The translations under genes were made by a program, and so were the position numbers. 64,000 nt of DNA from Octopus bimaculoides (Eukaryota). The DNA lies in contig NC_068992.1 in NCBI RefSeq assembly GCF_001194135.2, positions 49,203,332-49,267,331 of the forward strand, given 5' to 3'. Below are positions 52,951 to 64,000 of the stretch, piece after piece (the first letter of the stretch is position 1; every line of letters begins with the position of its first letter). Below the pieces are notes generated by a model. The model made no database searches and was not told the DNA's origin. It saw only the letters and a program-made list of their open reading frames with translations.

Positions 52951-53454
52951 CAGCAGTTTTCAACTATTTTTTGGCTTATGAACCCCTTTGATTACTATTT
53001 TACTCTGGTGAACCCCCAGAGCCATTCGATATTTAGAACTACTTGCTTTTCACACATTAAATTGTCTAGGTTGAATTATGCAAAAAGAGTTAGAAATCTT
53101 GCTGTTTCTTGGAATATACACATCCAAAACGAACGTTTTTTATGGACCTTTAATTCTTAAGTATTTGGATTGTTCTGTCAAATGTGAAGCTTATTTATTT
53201 ACATTGTTTTGAATTAATCAGACATTATGTCATAGCTTTGAAATTCTGATGATGTGATTGTATATTTTTTGTATGATATTGTAAGATATTGTACAAGGCC
53301 AAATCTGGCCAATTTGAGCATAAAACAGGTGATATATTTGGGCTGGACGTAGCCAGTTTAAATGTCAAAGGGTTAATATACTGCTTTGGGTCCCCAATTT
53401 ACTATTTTGTGTGAACCCCCACTATTTTATATGGATCCTGGTTGAGAACCACTG
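52951..53454. mobile_element. hAT MITE of the same family, carrying a nested TTAA element
   Basis: TIRs CAGCAGTTTTCAAC / GTTGAGAACCACTG; TSD CTCTTGGT / CTCTAGGT (7/8). Confidence 0.8.
53154..53372. mobile_element. piggyBac-like TTAA MITE nested in the hAT MITE
   Basis: TTAA at 53150-53153 and 53373-53376, ends AAAGGG; homologous to 26621-26837. Confidence 0.7.
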
Positions 53455-54149
53455 CTCTAGGTGGTTGCTCAGTTTGCTAGAAACAGCAGTCAAACTTCTT
53501 TTCAACTCATACCATAGCATCTTAAAACAAATAAGAACACACTAGCTAAGAAGTTTTAGATATACAAGATACGATGGTCACAGGTGAGGGGCCCCTGATC
53601 ATAATAAGTCTGCTTGCTTTAAGGATGACATAATATACCCTCATTCATAATTTAAAAAAATATATCTCTTTTTTTTTTTGGCTGTACCAACTAATATCTT
53701 TTCTTGTAGTTTGCATGTTTTTTGGATTTCATTCCAGAATATTCTGTGAAAGAATTTCATTGCATTGATAGTTATCTAGCTGCCACTGAGGAATGGAAAT
53801 GGTTCCTTGTTGTAGTAGTAGTAGTGGTTTTGGTGGTGGTGGTAGTAATGGTAGTGGTAGTGGTGGTGGTGGTAGTAGTAGTAGTAGTAGTGACAACAGC
53901 AATAGTAATAGTCATTATTGTCATATATTTCAACTTTTTTAAGATAGGGAAGGGATGGACGATCCAAGTCCAGTGTATTACTGGTATTTATCATTGTCAT
54001 ATTATTATTATTATTATTTCATTTTTTACTTTTGTTTTTGGCAGGGACTTGAACAGAAATTTAATGAAATTTGAAATCAGAGGAAATGAAACTAAATATC
54101 ATATTGTATTTATTCATTTTTTTTTTACTCTTCCTGCCAAACTCTTTTT

Positions 54150-56084
54150 TTAAAGGAGCTGAAATATTGCAACAAAATTTTTTTCAGTCGGATAATTATA
54201 CAACCAAGTTTTGCCCTGAATTTCAACTTCAGACTGAAGGTCTTTCCATCTACCAGCTGGAATGTATATATCACGCTTTTTGATGCTATCACATAAGTAG
54301 GGGGCAACCATTAACTCATTGCCAATAAGAAATTGGTCTGAGATGTTGAGAGTTGTTTTATCATTAGGGTTGACCCACCAAAGGGGGCGAATAATTGGAA
54401 GGCCTGCTTTGATGTCTGAAGAAAGGCCTTCAATAGTTTTGTACACTAATTTTCGATGGAGAGTGATAACGTCTCGTAAATGTAATGAAGTTGTATGATT
54501 ATATAAGTACCTGCTGTATGATAAACGGACAACTGGCATAAAAGAAGCCAAGGTGATATATCGCATGTACAGTTCTTGAGTAATATTGGGAAATTTTACA
54601 GGGGAAAGAGTTATGTACGGATAGCCTAACATACTAACAGTTAGTGCCTGATCAATGACATTATTAATACAGGTATACTTGCCTCTGGATACAAACATAG
54701 ATTTAACATTGATCACTAATAGTTTATGTTTGTTTAATTTGGAATCATAATAAAATATTTCTGAACTGTTTCTGTAGAATGACGCCATTTTGTCAACGTA
54801 GTCTTTTATAGTGTAACTTGTGTTATAAAAGCGAATATTCTTTGGAATGTAGCTCTGTCCAATTGCTAAATTACGGAATCCTCCGAATTCTGGCTTCGTA
54901 GAAAGGTGAAGCAATTTGTCCAAATACCATTTTGAAGCATTTGGGTTGGAAACATCTACAATAGCCATCTGTTTATTTTGCCATTTGACAAGCTTTGTAA
55001 CGTCACTCAAATCATCCCTTATAAAATATCCTGAGGTCATTCCAACATTGAATTCTCTGGATGTGAAATGGAAATAAGGACTTATTGGATATATAATACC
55101 AATATTATGACAATCAACTTGACGAAGGAATTCAGAGATATTTCGGAATTGTTTGGGATCAAAAGTGAAATCTCCCTGACTTTGTTGCCAATTGTTATTC
55201 AATTCGATGTAAGTATCGTTATAAGTGTGAGCGAATTTACTATTAATGAAATTAAGGATGGCACTTTGTATAGAAATATTCCTGGAATTTTCTTCAAAAG
55301 ACCAGATCATTGTTTTTAAAAGTTTATTGTTCTTTGCCAGTTCATCTTGGCTCACAGGTAAAAATGTCTTTTTCATGTTGACATAAGTATCTCTGATATC
55401 ACTACCTTGACACAAATAATAGTGGAGTTGTTGGTTGGGATATGGTTGTCTTAGGTCTGGCAGAAGACAAAATAATCCATCATCAGAAGAATTCCAGCTA
55501 ATTTTAAAAGGATGTGAGTCATTTACAAAGATTCCAACACCATCAGAACTAATCCAAAGTGGTTCTAATACAGAACCCAACATATCTGATGATTCTGTTG
55601 AAAATGGAATAGGACCAGTAGAAAAATTCTTCAGTGGCCATGATTGCCTTGAACCAATGTTCATTCCATACCAATTAGAAGATTTTATCTGGTAACAATC
55701 AAGGAACTCTTCTACCTGTGAAATTTCCCAATTTATAGAATAGCAATACAGACTGCCTTTTTCTTCATGTAGTATTTGTAGCTTGGTAGAGCGCTGACTT
55801 TGATAGCACAATTCTTGAATGCTTTGTTCTTTAATCTTTGGTTGACAAAAATGAAAGCTAGATGTGAGGTTGATTCCTAACCATCCAGTTAGAGTTATTC
55901 CTTTAAATTTATTCAACAGTTGTACTTTCCGTTCAGCTTCAGAGAAATGGATAAGTCGGCCAACCAAAATAGCATTGGTTTGTCTTGCATGAAGAACTCT
56001 CACAGATATGAAACCAGCAAGAATCAATATGAAGAGTGTGGCCACACTGTATTTAAGCAGTTTGGAGTTTTCTTTACTTGGAGT
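54150..56084 (-). CDS. MYORG: MYORG/KIAA1161-like glycoside hydrolase family 31 protein, terminal exon (TM anchor plus GH31 luminal domain); catalytic Asp residues absent
   Basis: 631-codon ORF extends in frame to the acceptor attcattAG (AG at 56086-56085). Family motifs LTVSMLGYP, PIIRPLWW, QFLIGNELMVAP, RDIYIPAGRW and GDFTFDPKQF; hydrophobic anchor YSVATLFILILAGFISV. Orthology versus paralogy is not resolved. Confidence 0.92.
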   Translation of the reverse strand, partial: TPSKENSKLLKYSVATLFILILAGFISVRVLHARQTNAILVGRLIHFSEAERKVQLLNKFKGITLTGWLGINLTSSFHFCQPKIKEQSIQELCYQSQRSTKLQILHEEKGSLYCYSINWEISQVEEFLDCYQIKSSNWYGMNIGSRQSWPLKNFSTGPIPFSTESSDMLGSVLEPLWISSDGVGIFVNDSHPFKISWNSSDDGLFCLLPDLRQPYPNQQLHYYLCQGSDIRDTYVNMKKTFLPVSQDELAKNNKLLKTMIWSFEENSRNISIQSAILNFINSKFAHTYNDTYIELNNNWQQSQGDFTFDPKQFRNISEFLRQVDCHNIGIIYPISPYFHFTSREFNVGMTSGYFIRDDLSDVTKLVKWQNKQMAIVDVSNPNASKWYLDKLLHLSTKPEFGGFRNLAIGQSYIPKNIRFYNTSYTIKDYVDKMASFYRNSSEIFYYDSKLNKHKLLVINVKSMFVSRGKYTCINNVIDQALTVSMLGYPYITLSPVKFPNITQELYMRYITLASFMPVVRLSYSRYLYNHTTSLHLRDVITLHRKLVYKTIEGLSSDIKAGLPIIRPLWWVNPNDKTTLNISDQFLIGNELMVAPYLCDSIKKRDIYIPAGRWKDLQSEVEIQGKTWLYNYPTEKNFVAIFQLL

Positions 56085-56326
56085 CTAATGAATAGATAAA
56101 ATATAAACATATAATTAGCCATGGTAGAAAATGACAGTCTGAATGTGGAGCATTTAATACAATTAAATTATTTCAAGTCTTACTGCACAGACTTGAGAAT
56201 AGATATCAAGAGAATGTAGAATATGAATGCAAGAGTGGTACCAACTGTGAGTGGAGTACTTGGGTCAGTGATGAAAAACCTTTAGAAACACCTTGGCAAA
56301 ACTGGAATCTGTTTCAGCATTTGTTG

Positions 56327-56707
56327 TTGGCACTCCATAGCTTACGACGTCGAGGGTTCCAGTTGATCCAATCAACGGAACAGCCTGCTCGTGAAATTGA
56401 CGTGCAAGTGGCTGAGCACTCCACAGACACGTGTACCCTTAATGTAGTTCTCGGGGATATTCAGCGTGACACAGTGTGACAAGGCTGACCCTTTGAATTA
56501 CAGGCACAACAGAAACAGGAAAGAAGAGTGAGAGAAAGTTGTGGTGAAAGAGTACAGCAGGGTTCGCCACCATCCCCTGCCGGAGCCTCGTGGAGCTTTA
56601 GGTGTTTTCGCTCAATAAACACTCACAATGCCCAGTCTGGGAATCGAAACCGCGATCCTATGACCACGAGTCTGCTGCCCTAACCACTGCACCATTGTAC
56701 CTCCACC
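56327..56707 (-). mobile_element. SINE family A copy, in the intron of gene B
   Basis: Closely similar to 18571-18925. Confidence 0.9.
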
Positions 56708-57891
56708 AAAGCTTTCATACACCATAAATATTTTACCTTTCATTGCACAAATTTTGTCAATTTCTTATTATTTTCTTTGCAGAAAACAGTATTTGAGAGT
56801 TGCATCTGTATGTTGTTGTAGTATTTATTGTTGTGTCTCTTGTTGTTGTTGTGGTTCTTATTGTTGTTGACTGGTTTGTATGTTTTGCCAAGCCTTCTAG
56901 GTTTTTTTTTTTTCATCTTGGTAGTACCAAACCTTTGGATCTTAAGATTTGGGGTTCAAGCCACTGGTTTTTTTCTCTGTCCCACCACATATATTTCTCT
57001 TTGTTGACACCCCCCCCCCCTCGCCCTGCACACACTCTATACCTCATCACTGAGCTATTGGAAGCGGATGTTGTAAAATAAGACAGAAGACAGAAAAGGA
57101 AAAGAGATGATGATGATGATGATGAGAAAAAAATGACAAGTGACATATTCCAAAATAATAATAATAATAATAATAATAAGAATAATAATGATGATAATAA
57201 TCTCAACAGATGTGAAAAGAAAATTGCGTTTTCCTAAAGTTGGAGAAAAATAAGTTGAAGACAGCAAGCATGAAAAAATAAAATGAATAAATAAATAAAT
57301 AAAACCTTTAACAAAAAATAAATGAAAAATAATGAAAATACTAATAAAAAAACAGGTCAGTTAAATGTTAGTGGGAATTCAAAAAAGAATTTTAAGGTGT
57401 AACCTTTAACCTTTCTTGAAAGGAGTTGACATTTGAACTTTAGTTAAAAAAATGAAGCTTAATGCAATTATCAAAACACAGTTAGGGGAATGTTATGCAA
57501 TGCATTATAATATTAAATATATATAATGTTATATAATACAGTGTTATATAATGCAGTGTTATATACTCTTGGGGGTCAGCAAAAGATTTATTATAACAGT
57601 AATGTTGAATACAGATATAGAAGACAACATATATCTACACACACACACACACATTATATAAGCTTGTTTATCTGAGAGAAACTTGAACCTGTTGTTTTTG
57701 GTGTAAAGTCCTGTGTAACTGTTTATAAAATTTATTTCTATGCACGTAACACAAACAGTTATATACATAATAATGTATGTGCATACACACAAGCATAAAC
57801 AAGTTTCTGCCTTTTTTTGTTTGCATATTACCAGACTTTTATCATCACCACCACCACCACCACCACCACCACCACCACCACTGTCACCACG

Positions 57892-57928
<37 letters not shown>

Positions 57929-58559
57929 CCGACACCAATGTCACAATGGCAACCACCACTGTTGGTCATCATCCTCCTCATCATCAAAACCTTCACTGCC
58001 ATCACCACTGCCACCACCACCACCTTTATCATCGTTGTTTTTAAGTTTGCTTTCCACATCAACATCGATTAGATGAATCACCATGTTTCAAGACAGTTCT
58101 TATTCAAAAGTTACTGTCCTCCCAAACAGGTTGGGAACTAAGTGTCACTCAAACATTCCATTTTTGATAAGATTTCTACGACAAAAAGCCCTTCCCAGTG
58201 TTAAACACTTTATAGAGTTTAACGGACACATACATACACACATACACAATACATTTGTTCATTTATTTTATGACCATCTTTATATAGCCACCCAGACTGG
58301 TGATGTTGATGATGAAGTTCAACTTGAACTTTGTATTTTTACTTACTGGGTCTGGAAGAAGGGACAGTTCTTATAGCATTCAGAGATCTCCTTAATCTTT
58401 TCAATACAAACCTGCCTGAGACAGCCCCAGATTCTAACTCACTGTTCTAAGGGGTCTAAATTATAATCTACCACCAAAATTTTATGGTAATTTGTTCCAG
58501 CTCCCAGCTTAATAATCAGAAAGTTATTTTACTAAATTCTTCATAATTCAAAAAATTAA

Positions 58560-58830
58560 TTAAAACAAAGGCAGCATATGTTGATAGAAATATGGTAACA
58601 AAGGTGTTAAACAGGTGAGAATGCTGTCATTAATGTTCCTTTCTCTTGAAGCTTTATAAATCAAAACCTGCAGGAAAAATACAAGCAGGGAAGGAATTCC
58701 AGAGAGGAGATGTTCTAAGAAGGAAGAACTGGGCATAGTGATTGGAGTGGGGCCAAGCAAAGAAGTGGATACAATGGGTGAAGGTACTTCTATTTTTCTT
58801 GGTTCTTGCATCAGAGTAACCAGTGAACAT
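58560..58830 (-). mobile_element. LINE 3'-end fragment
   Basis: HSNHYAQFFLLRTSPLWNSFPACIFP matches the SFFPRTxxLWNxLP LINE terminal motif. Confidence 0.7.
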
Positions 58831-59668
58831 ATAAAACATATAGAAACTAGCTAGCTTTTTGTTGCTGATGTGTATGTAGTTTCAAAATGCCTTATTTTAC
58901 AACTATGAGATGTATTGTTATTGTTAAACACATTTCATCAATATAAAACTTATATTAGTTGCATAATAGGCGTGCTTTAAATCAATTACATAACTTTGAT
59001 ATTAAAAAACTGCATACTCTGTCTTGAAGTACCAGGCGTCACTCCTTACACACACACAATGACAAACATCCAATTTCCATCCACTAAACACCTGGCACCT
59101 TACCTGACCTATATATAATATCATATGTCAGAAAAGCTTCTGTAAAAGTCTCTGTGTTTTTGAGTTAGAGGTGTGGAGTAGGGAGGCTTTGTTCACCAAA
59201 CACATACTGAATGTTCTTTCTCCTGAAAAAAGATATTTCTTTACACATGTGGAAAGTAAAACAGGATTTTGTGAATTCTACAAAAACCACTGCTACAGTT
59301 TATAGTAGTGAATCACACCCGGATGTGTAAGAACCTACTTAGAGAAAGGTGCGAAATCTATGACTGAGTATTAAATGTCCTCTCCAATGACATAATACAA
59401 TATCTGTAACAACATAGAGATCATCAAAATACGAATACAATGGCTGTCCTCTCATTTAACAAGTATGACCGTCGATGATAGATAATAATATATCGTGATT
59501 GCATGAATGGCTGTGCAGTTAAGAAGTTCGCTTTCCAGGCAAGTGGTTCTTGGTTCAGTTCCACTGTGTGGTACCTTGGACAAGTGTCTTCTGTTATAGC
59601 CCCAGGCCAACTAAAGCCTTGTGAATGGATGTGGTACATCGAAACAGAAAGAATTCCATTGTGTATGA

Positions 59669-59702
<34 letters not shown>

Positions 59703-59738
59703 TGCCATAATAGATTGCTGCTTGTTTCTTTCTGTGTT

Positions 59739-59776
59739 TCTTTCTGTGGAAGAGTGTAGGTTTGAAACGTTAAAGA
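59739..59776 (+). ncRNA. Degenerate minimal type I hammerhead ribozyme motif (Penelope-LTR type)
   Basis: TCTTT-CTGTGGA-A-GAGT gtag GTTT-GAAAC-GTT-AAAGA; core position A6 is T and stem II has decayed to G.T pairs. Confidence 0.5.
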
Positions 59777-59862
59777 CTTTTTCAATTCCCGAGCGTTATA
59801 CTAATACATCTGATTGTTTTCTACACCACCTGTCTTCGTCTTTTTGTTTTTTTGTGAATTCT

Positions 59863-59905
<43 letters not shown>

Positions 59906-59907
<2 letters not shown>

Positions 59908-60690
59908 ACAAGCTTACAGCAGGACCTAAATTCAATATGCAAGTGGGCCAAAATAAACAACATGCGGTTTAATGCTGGAAAATTTCAAGCACTGCACTGT
60001 CAACTCACGAATACAGTACAATCTACATTTACAGGACCCGAAAGCACTACAATCCCAGAGTCACATGCAGTGAAGACTTGGGGGATCAGTATGTGCAATG
60101 ACACATCATTTCATATGCACATAAGCAAGACGGCAGCAAAGTGCAGACAACTGGCAAGATGGATACTGAGGTCCTTCAAGACAAGAGACCAAGAAACTAT
60201 GTTGAGCCTGTGGAGAACCTTTGTTCTCAGTCACTTGGACTACTGCTCCCAGTTATGGTCACCATATAGTGCCAAACTAACAGTGGAGCTTGAAACAATC
60301 CAATGCCACTACACTAAAAAGATTGAGACATTGTAGCAGATGAGCTACAGGGATAGGCTGAGAAAACTGCAACTTTACTGCCAGGAGTGAAGGTGTGACA
60401 GATATGTAATAATCTACATATGGAAATCTTTAGAAGGGCTAATACCTAATTTCTGCATTGAGTGTTATACAAATGCCACAACTGGCCGCCATTATATTGT
60501 ACCAAAGGTACCATCCACTCCATCTATATTCAGGACCAAGTATTGCAATAGTCTAGGGTTCAAAAGCCCATAGCTCTTCAATGCCCTGCCACAAACATTA
60601 AGAAATCTGCATAAGGTGGAAGTAGATGTCTTCAAAAAAGGAACTAGACATCCTCCTCTCCTCAATACCAGATGAACCAACAACCTGACA
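59906..60690 (+). mobile_element. CR1/L2-like LINE 3' reverse-transcriptase fragment, in the intron of gene B
   Basis: LQQDLNSICKWAKINNMRFNAGKF...RTFVLSHLDYCSQLWSPY...LETIQ is typical of the C-terminal RT region; in-frame stops follow. Confidence 0.9.
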
Positions 60691-60768
60691 TGAGGTACAG
60701 AGAGAGAGCAACAGAGAGAGAGAGAGAGAGAGAGAATGAGAGAGAGAGAGAGCTAAGAAACAACTTAC

Positions 60769-61165
60769 ACTTTTCTTTGGTCGTGATTTCAAGCGTGGAA
60801 CTGTGATTACTGTTGTGTGTTCTGCAAACCGAACGCTATCAGTCGAGTCAACTGTGGCATACTGTGAATTGCATCTTGTGGTGGGAGCAAAGTTGCAATT
60901 CGCTGTCAAGTCATTTTCTCCTTGGCCTCCTCCTCCTCCTCCTTCTCCTCCAATTCCATCTTCTTGCTCAGCATCTTCTGCTAAGCTAAATTTCACGTAT
61001 GTATCTGTGGTAGTGTTTTGCTCATCTTCTGCATTTGTTGTTTCAGACGGGAGAAGCAGTGGTAATTCACTGCCCGTGTCCTCAAACACCTTGTCATCTT
61101 GTAGGAGAGCAGAGTCTTCTTGGTTGAATTCTGTAGAGTCGAGCAAGCAAACATCTTCGACAGTA
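60769..61165 (-). CDS. MYORG: Upstream exon of the MYORG-like gene, acidic cytoplasmic N-terminal region
   Basis: ctcatttgcAG acceptor (phase 2 in), open frame TVEDVCLL...KSRPKKS, AGT|GTAAGT donor at 60768 in phase 0 matching the acceptor at 56084. No in-frame ATG, so a further upstream exon is required. Confidence 0.75.
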
Positions 61166-61335
61166 CTGCAAATGAGGCAAAATTTCAAAACATCAGTTTT
61201 AAATATAAAAACTTTATATTTATCTTAGTTAAATATGAGAAACAGTTTGAAATATTGTTCTGGGAAGGGCTGGTGAATGTAAGATTGAAAAGACTGTCTA
61301 ATTTTGTAGTGGGGAAAATTAAAACGTCTTCTTAA

Positions 61336-61625
61336 CCCATTACCTCCCATTATTCTATTAACTGGAATTTTTTAATGAAACTTTGATTTCTAGCATAAAA
61401 CAGCCTTAGAAACACACTGGAATGATCAAAATAACATTTCAAAATAACATTTTAAATAGAAATAAGCGAGATATTGGGTGAAAAATTAGCAAATCTCATT
61501 TGAATATCAGAGAAATATACCTAGTAGATATAGCAAAAAGGTTAGATATGTGTAAATATTGACAGATAATTACGAAATTTGTAATTTTTAAGTGATCTCA
61601 TATGAGGTCACTGGTAGGTAATGGG
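61336..61625. mobile_element. piggyBac-like MITE, second family (290 bp)
   Basis: TTAA on both sides; TIRs CCCATTACCTCCCA / TGGTAGGTAATGGG (13/14 match). Confidence 0.85.
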
Positions 61626-63780
61626 TTAAAGTTGTTGGATTGGTTTACCAAGTGCTTTACAGATAGCACTGGATGTATTTATCATGGTATTGGGCACTTG
61701 TAAGGTTGCTTGGTAACTCTTCTCAAGACTAAAGAATTCTCATGACTGAGAGGGAGAACAGGAGAAAAGGTGAGAGATTAAAGTATGATGGGGGAAGGGT
61801 AGTAGTGGAGAGACTAAGAGATATAGTATTAGAGAAAGGAATAATAGGAGGAAGGGATTAGTGAAAGCAAGTCAGAGAATGAAAAGGATGGTGGGGTGGA
61901 TTGAGAAGATCAAGATTCAGGCAGAAGGTGTGATGTGTAAAAGAGAAATAAAGATCTTAGGGAAAAGGATGAGGAACCAGAGCGTATTCCAAAAGCAACA
62001 TGTCCAAAAAGGCAAGCCCATATCACCATACATTTCTTGTTCTCTTTATGCATTTTGTCTTTCTCTCAACTCATACAACCTACCTACTCATGTCATTTCT
62101 CTAATTTATTCTCCTGCCTACTGTATTATTAATATATGTATGTGTGTGTATATGCTTGTGTGTCTGTGTTTGTCTCCCCAATATCGCTTGACAACCGATG
62201 CTGGTGTGTTTACGTCCCCGTAACATAGCGGTTCGGCAAAAGAGACCGATAGAATAAGTACTAGGCTTCCAAAGAATAAGTCCTGGGTCGATTTGCTTGA
62301 CTAAAGGCGGTGCTCCAGCATGGCCACAGTCAAAAGACTGAAACAAGTAAAAGAGTAAAGAGTATATATATATATATATAAATTGTCAAGAATGTGATTA
62401 TATATATATACATATATACGACGGGCTTCTTTCGGTTTCCGTCTACCAAATCCACTCACAAAGCTTTGGTCGGCCCGAGGCTATAGTAGAAGACACTTGC
62501 CCAAGGTGCCGCGCAGTGGGACTGAACCCGGAACCATGTGGTTGGTAAGCAAGCTACACACATGCACATACATATAGCTATAGCTATGTTCCACGTATGT
62601 ATTTACGTATGCATATATTAACATGCAAACACACAAAAACACACTCGTTAATGGGGTGTGTAGAGTTGTTTTACCCTCAGGTCAGTCCTCACAGAGACCA
62701 CCCATGCAAAGGGGTAGCCGCGTGTAGATGATATCTTAAAGATCCATCGCTATAATGAACACCTCATTACACACACACACACACATACAAACATGCAGTT
62801 TACCATAATATTTAATGTAGTGTGGCCGTCGGAACGTCACATTTTCTCCATTGTCTTGTCTGTGTATGTCTAGAAATAAGTTTTAGTGGTGACTATGGGA
62901 GAATGTTGGTGGTGGAGCGAGATTAGTAAGAACGCAACGAACTTTTAAAAATGTTGCTGTCTATGTCTGCGAAGTGGAGCAGGACGGACTTTTAAAAATG
63001 AAACAGTTGTGTATTATGTTGTATGTAGGTAATTGTATAATTGTTCAACGATGTTTACCTTTCCTCGAAATGGATATAGTCTAGATTAATTGAACGTATG
63101 ATGGCCCATAATAATTCAAGTTACGCTCACTTTAATTACGTATCGCTAAACATTACTATGCTTACATAGACTTAAACAGCGAACGAAATAAAGGAAAATG
63201 TACACATATACACCTACATTTATGTATACATATATATATATAGAAAAGTTGTACTTAGTTATAACTTAAACCTTACACCCTCTCCTTCTCATACACACAC
63301 ATATGCATATTCACACACAAATAGATACATCTACGCGCACACAAGTTATATTAAGTTATAAATAACTTGTCTACTTTATTTCTCACCTCTTTCATAAGTA
63401 TAAACACGCATACTACCTGTTGATTCGTCCCATTCTCACTAATTAAATGTCTCAATTAGATGAATTAAGATTGCTATATCTATCTATCTACTTATGTGAA
63501 TGTGTACACACACACACACACACACACACAATAGGCGAGAGCTATATATGCTCAATATCGAAAATACATCGTAGTGCTCAAATAAATTTGAACTTGCGAA
63601 TTCTTCGTCCAGGGCAAAACCCAAGGTGTCAAGAGTGGCCGTAAGAGAAATACCAAACGCGTTGATATAGAGGTAGCAATGCAGATAAACAATTAGGCTT
63701 CACACACACAAGTCTACATTTATTAATATACACACATATTTACACGGAGCACAAAACAAATACAGAAAAATATGTAATTT

Positions 63781-63818
63781 CGTAACTCGACAGCTGTTTC
63801 AGGAAGCTCAGAGTCACG
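63781..63818 (-). ncRNA. Second hammerhead-like remnant with a core deletion
   Basis: CGTGACTC-TGAGCTTCCT-GAAAC-AGCT-GTC-GAGTTACG; 8-bp stem I, palindromic stem III, AATAAA downstream on the same strand. Confidence 0.4.
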
Positions 63819-63834
63819 TAATAATCATAATCTT

Positions 63835-64000
63835 ACTATAATGGGCGTTATATCCGTCTGTCCGTGTCTTTGTCTGTTGCCTCTTCACGGCCAGACAACT
63901 GGACCAATGGTTACGATATTTTTGGGGTTTACAAAGACGATCGCCAGGAAGGTTTCTAGTATTGAAATATCAGAAAGTATGGTTATTTCGTGGATATCGA
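63835..64000. mobile_element. Possible Helentron/DINE-1-like non-autonomous element running off the window
   Basis: CTATAATGGGCGTTATATCCGTCTGTCCGTGTCT followed by AACTGGACCAAT...ATATTTTT resembles the (GTCY)n-containing end of such elements. Confidence 0.4.

Noticed and set aside
55068-55695. Plus-strand ORFs inside the GH31 exon, and 60803-61228(+)
   Set aside because: Antisense shadows of gene B exons.
54150-56084. Processed pseudogene interpretation of the GH31 ORF
   Set aside because: No stops or frameshifts, a phase-matched upstream exon, and retained structural motifs.

Overview
AT-rich animal genomic DNA with seven N-gaps, many microsatellites and dense SINE/LINE/MITE content. The repeat families look like octopus (coleoid cephalopod) repeats; this is an inference. 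No CRISPR arrays, rRNA or true tRNA genes were seen. Two convergent spliced genes can be rebuilt from phase-compatible GT-AG junctions. (A) A plus-strand 5-exon gene (11881-45317) encodes a 232-aa disordered protein with a basic N-terminus, RTRSR repeats and an acidic tail. It has a 25-kb first intron, a probable internal promoter at ~23.5 kb and a candidate poison exon at 39570-39645. (B) A minus-strand MYORG-like GH31 type II membrane protein (exons 61165-60769 and 56084-54150; start exon not found) has an intact frame, but both catalytic aspartates and most active-site residues are replaced, so it is a probable pseudo-glycosidase. Other notable items are two decayed minimal hammerhead-ribozyme motifs, several fold-back or TIR elements, nested transposon insertions with readable TSDs, and a CpG-rich/CpG-poor mosaic. 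All alignments were done by eye or from memory; no searches were run, and repeat boundaries are approximate.
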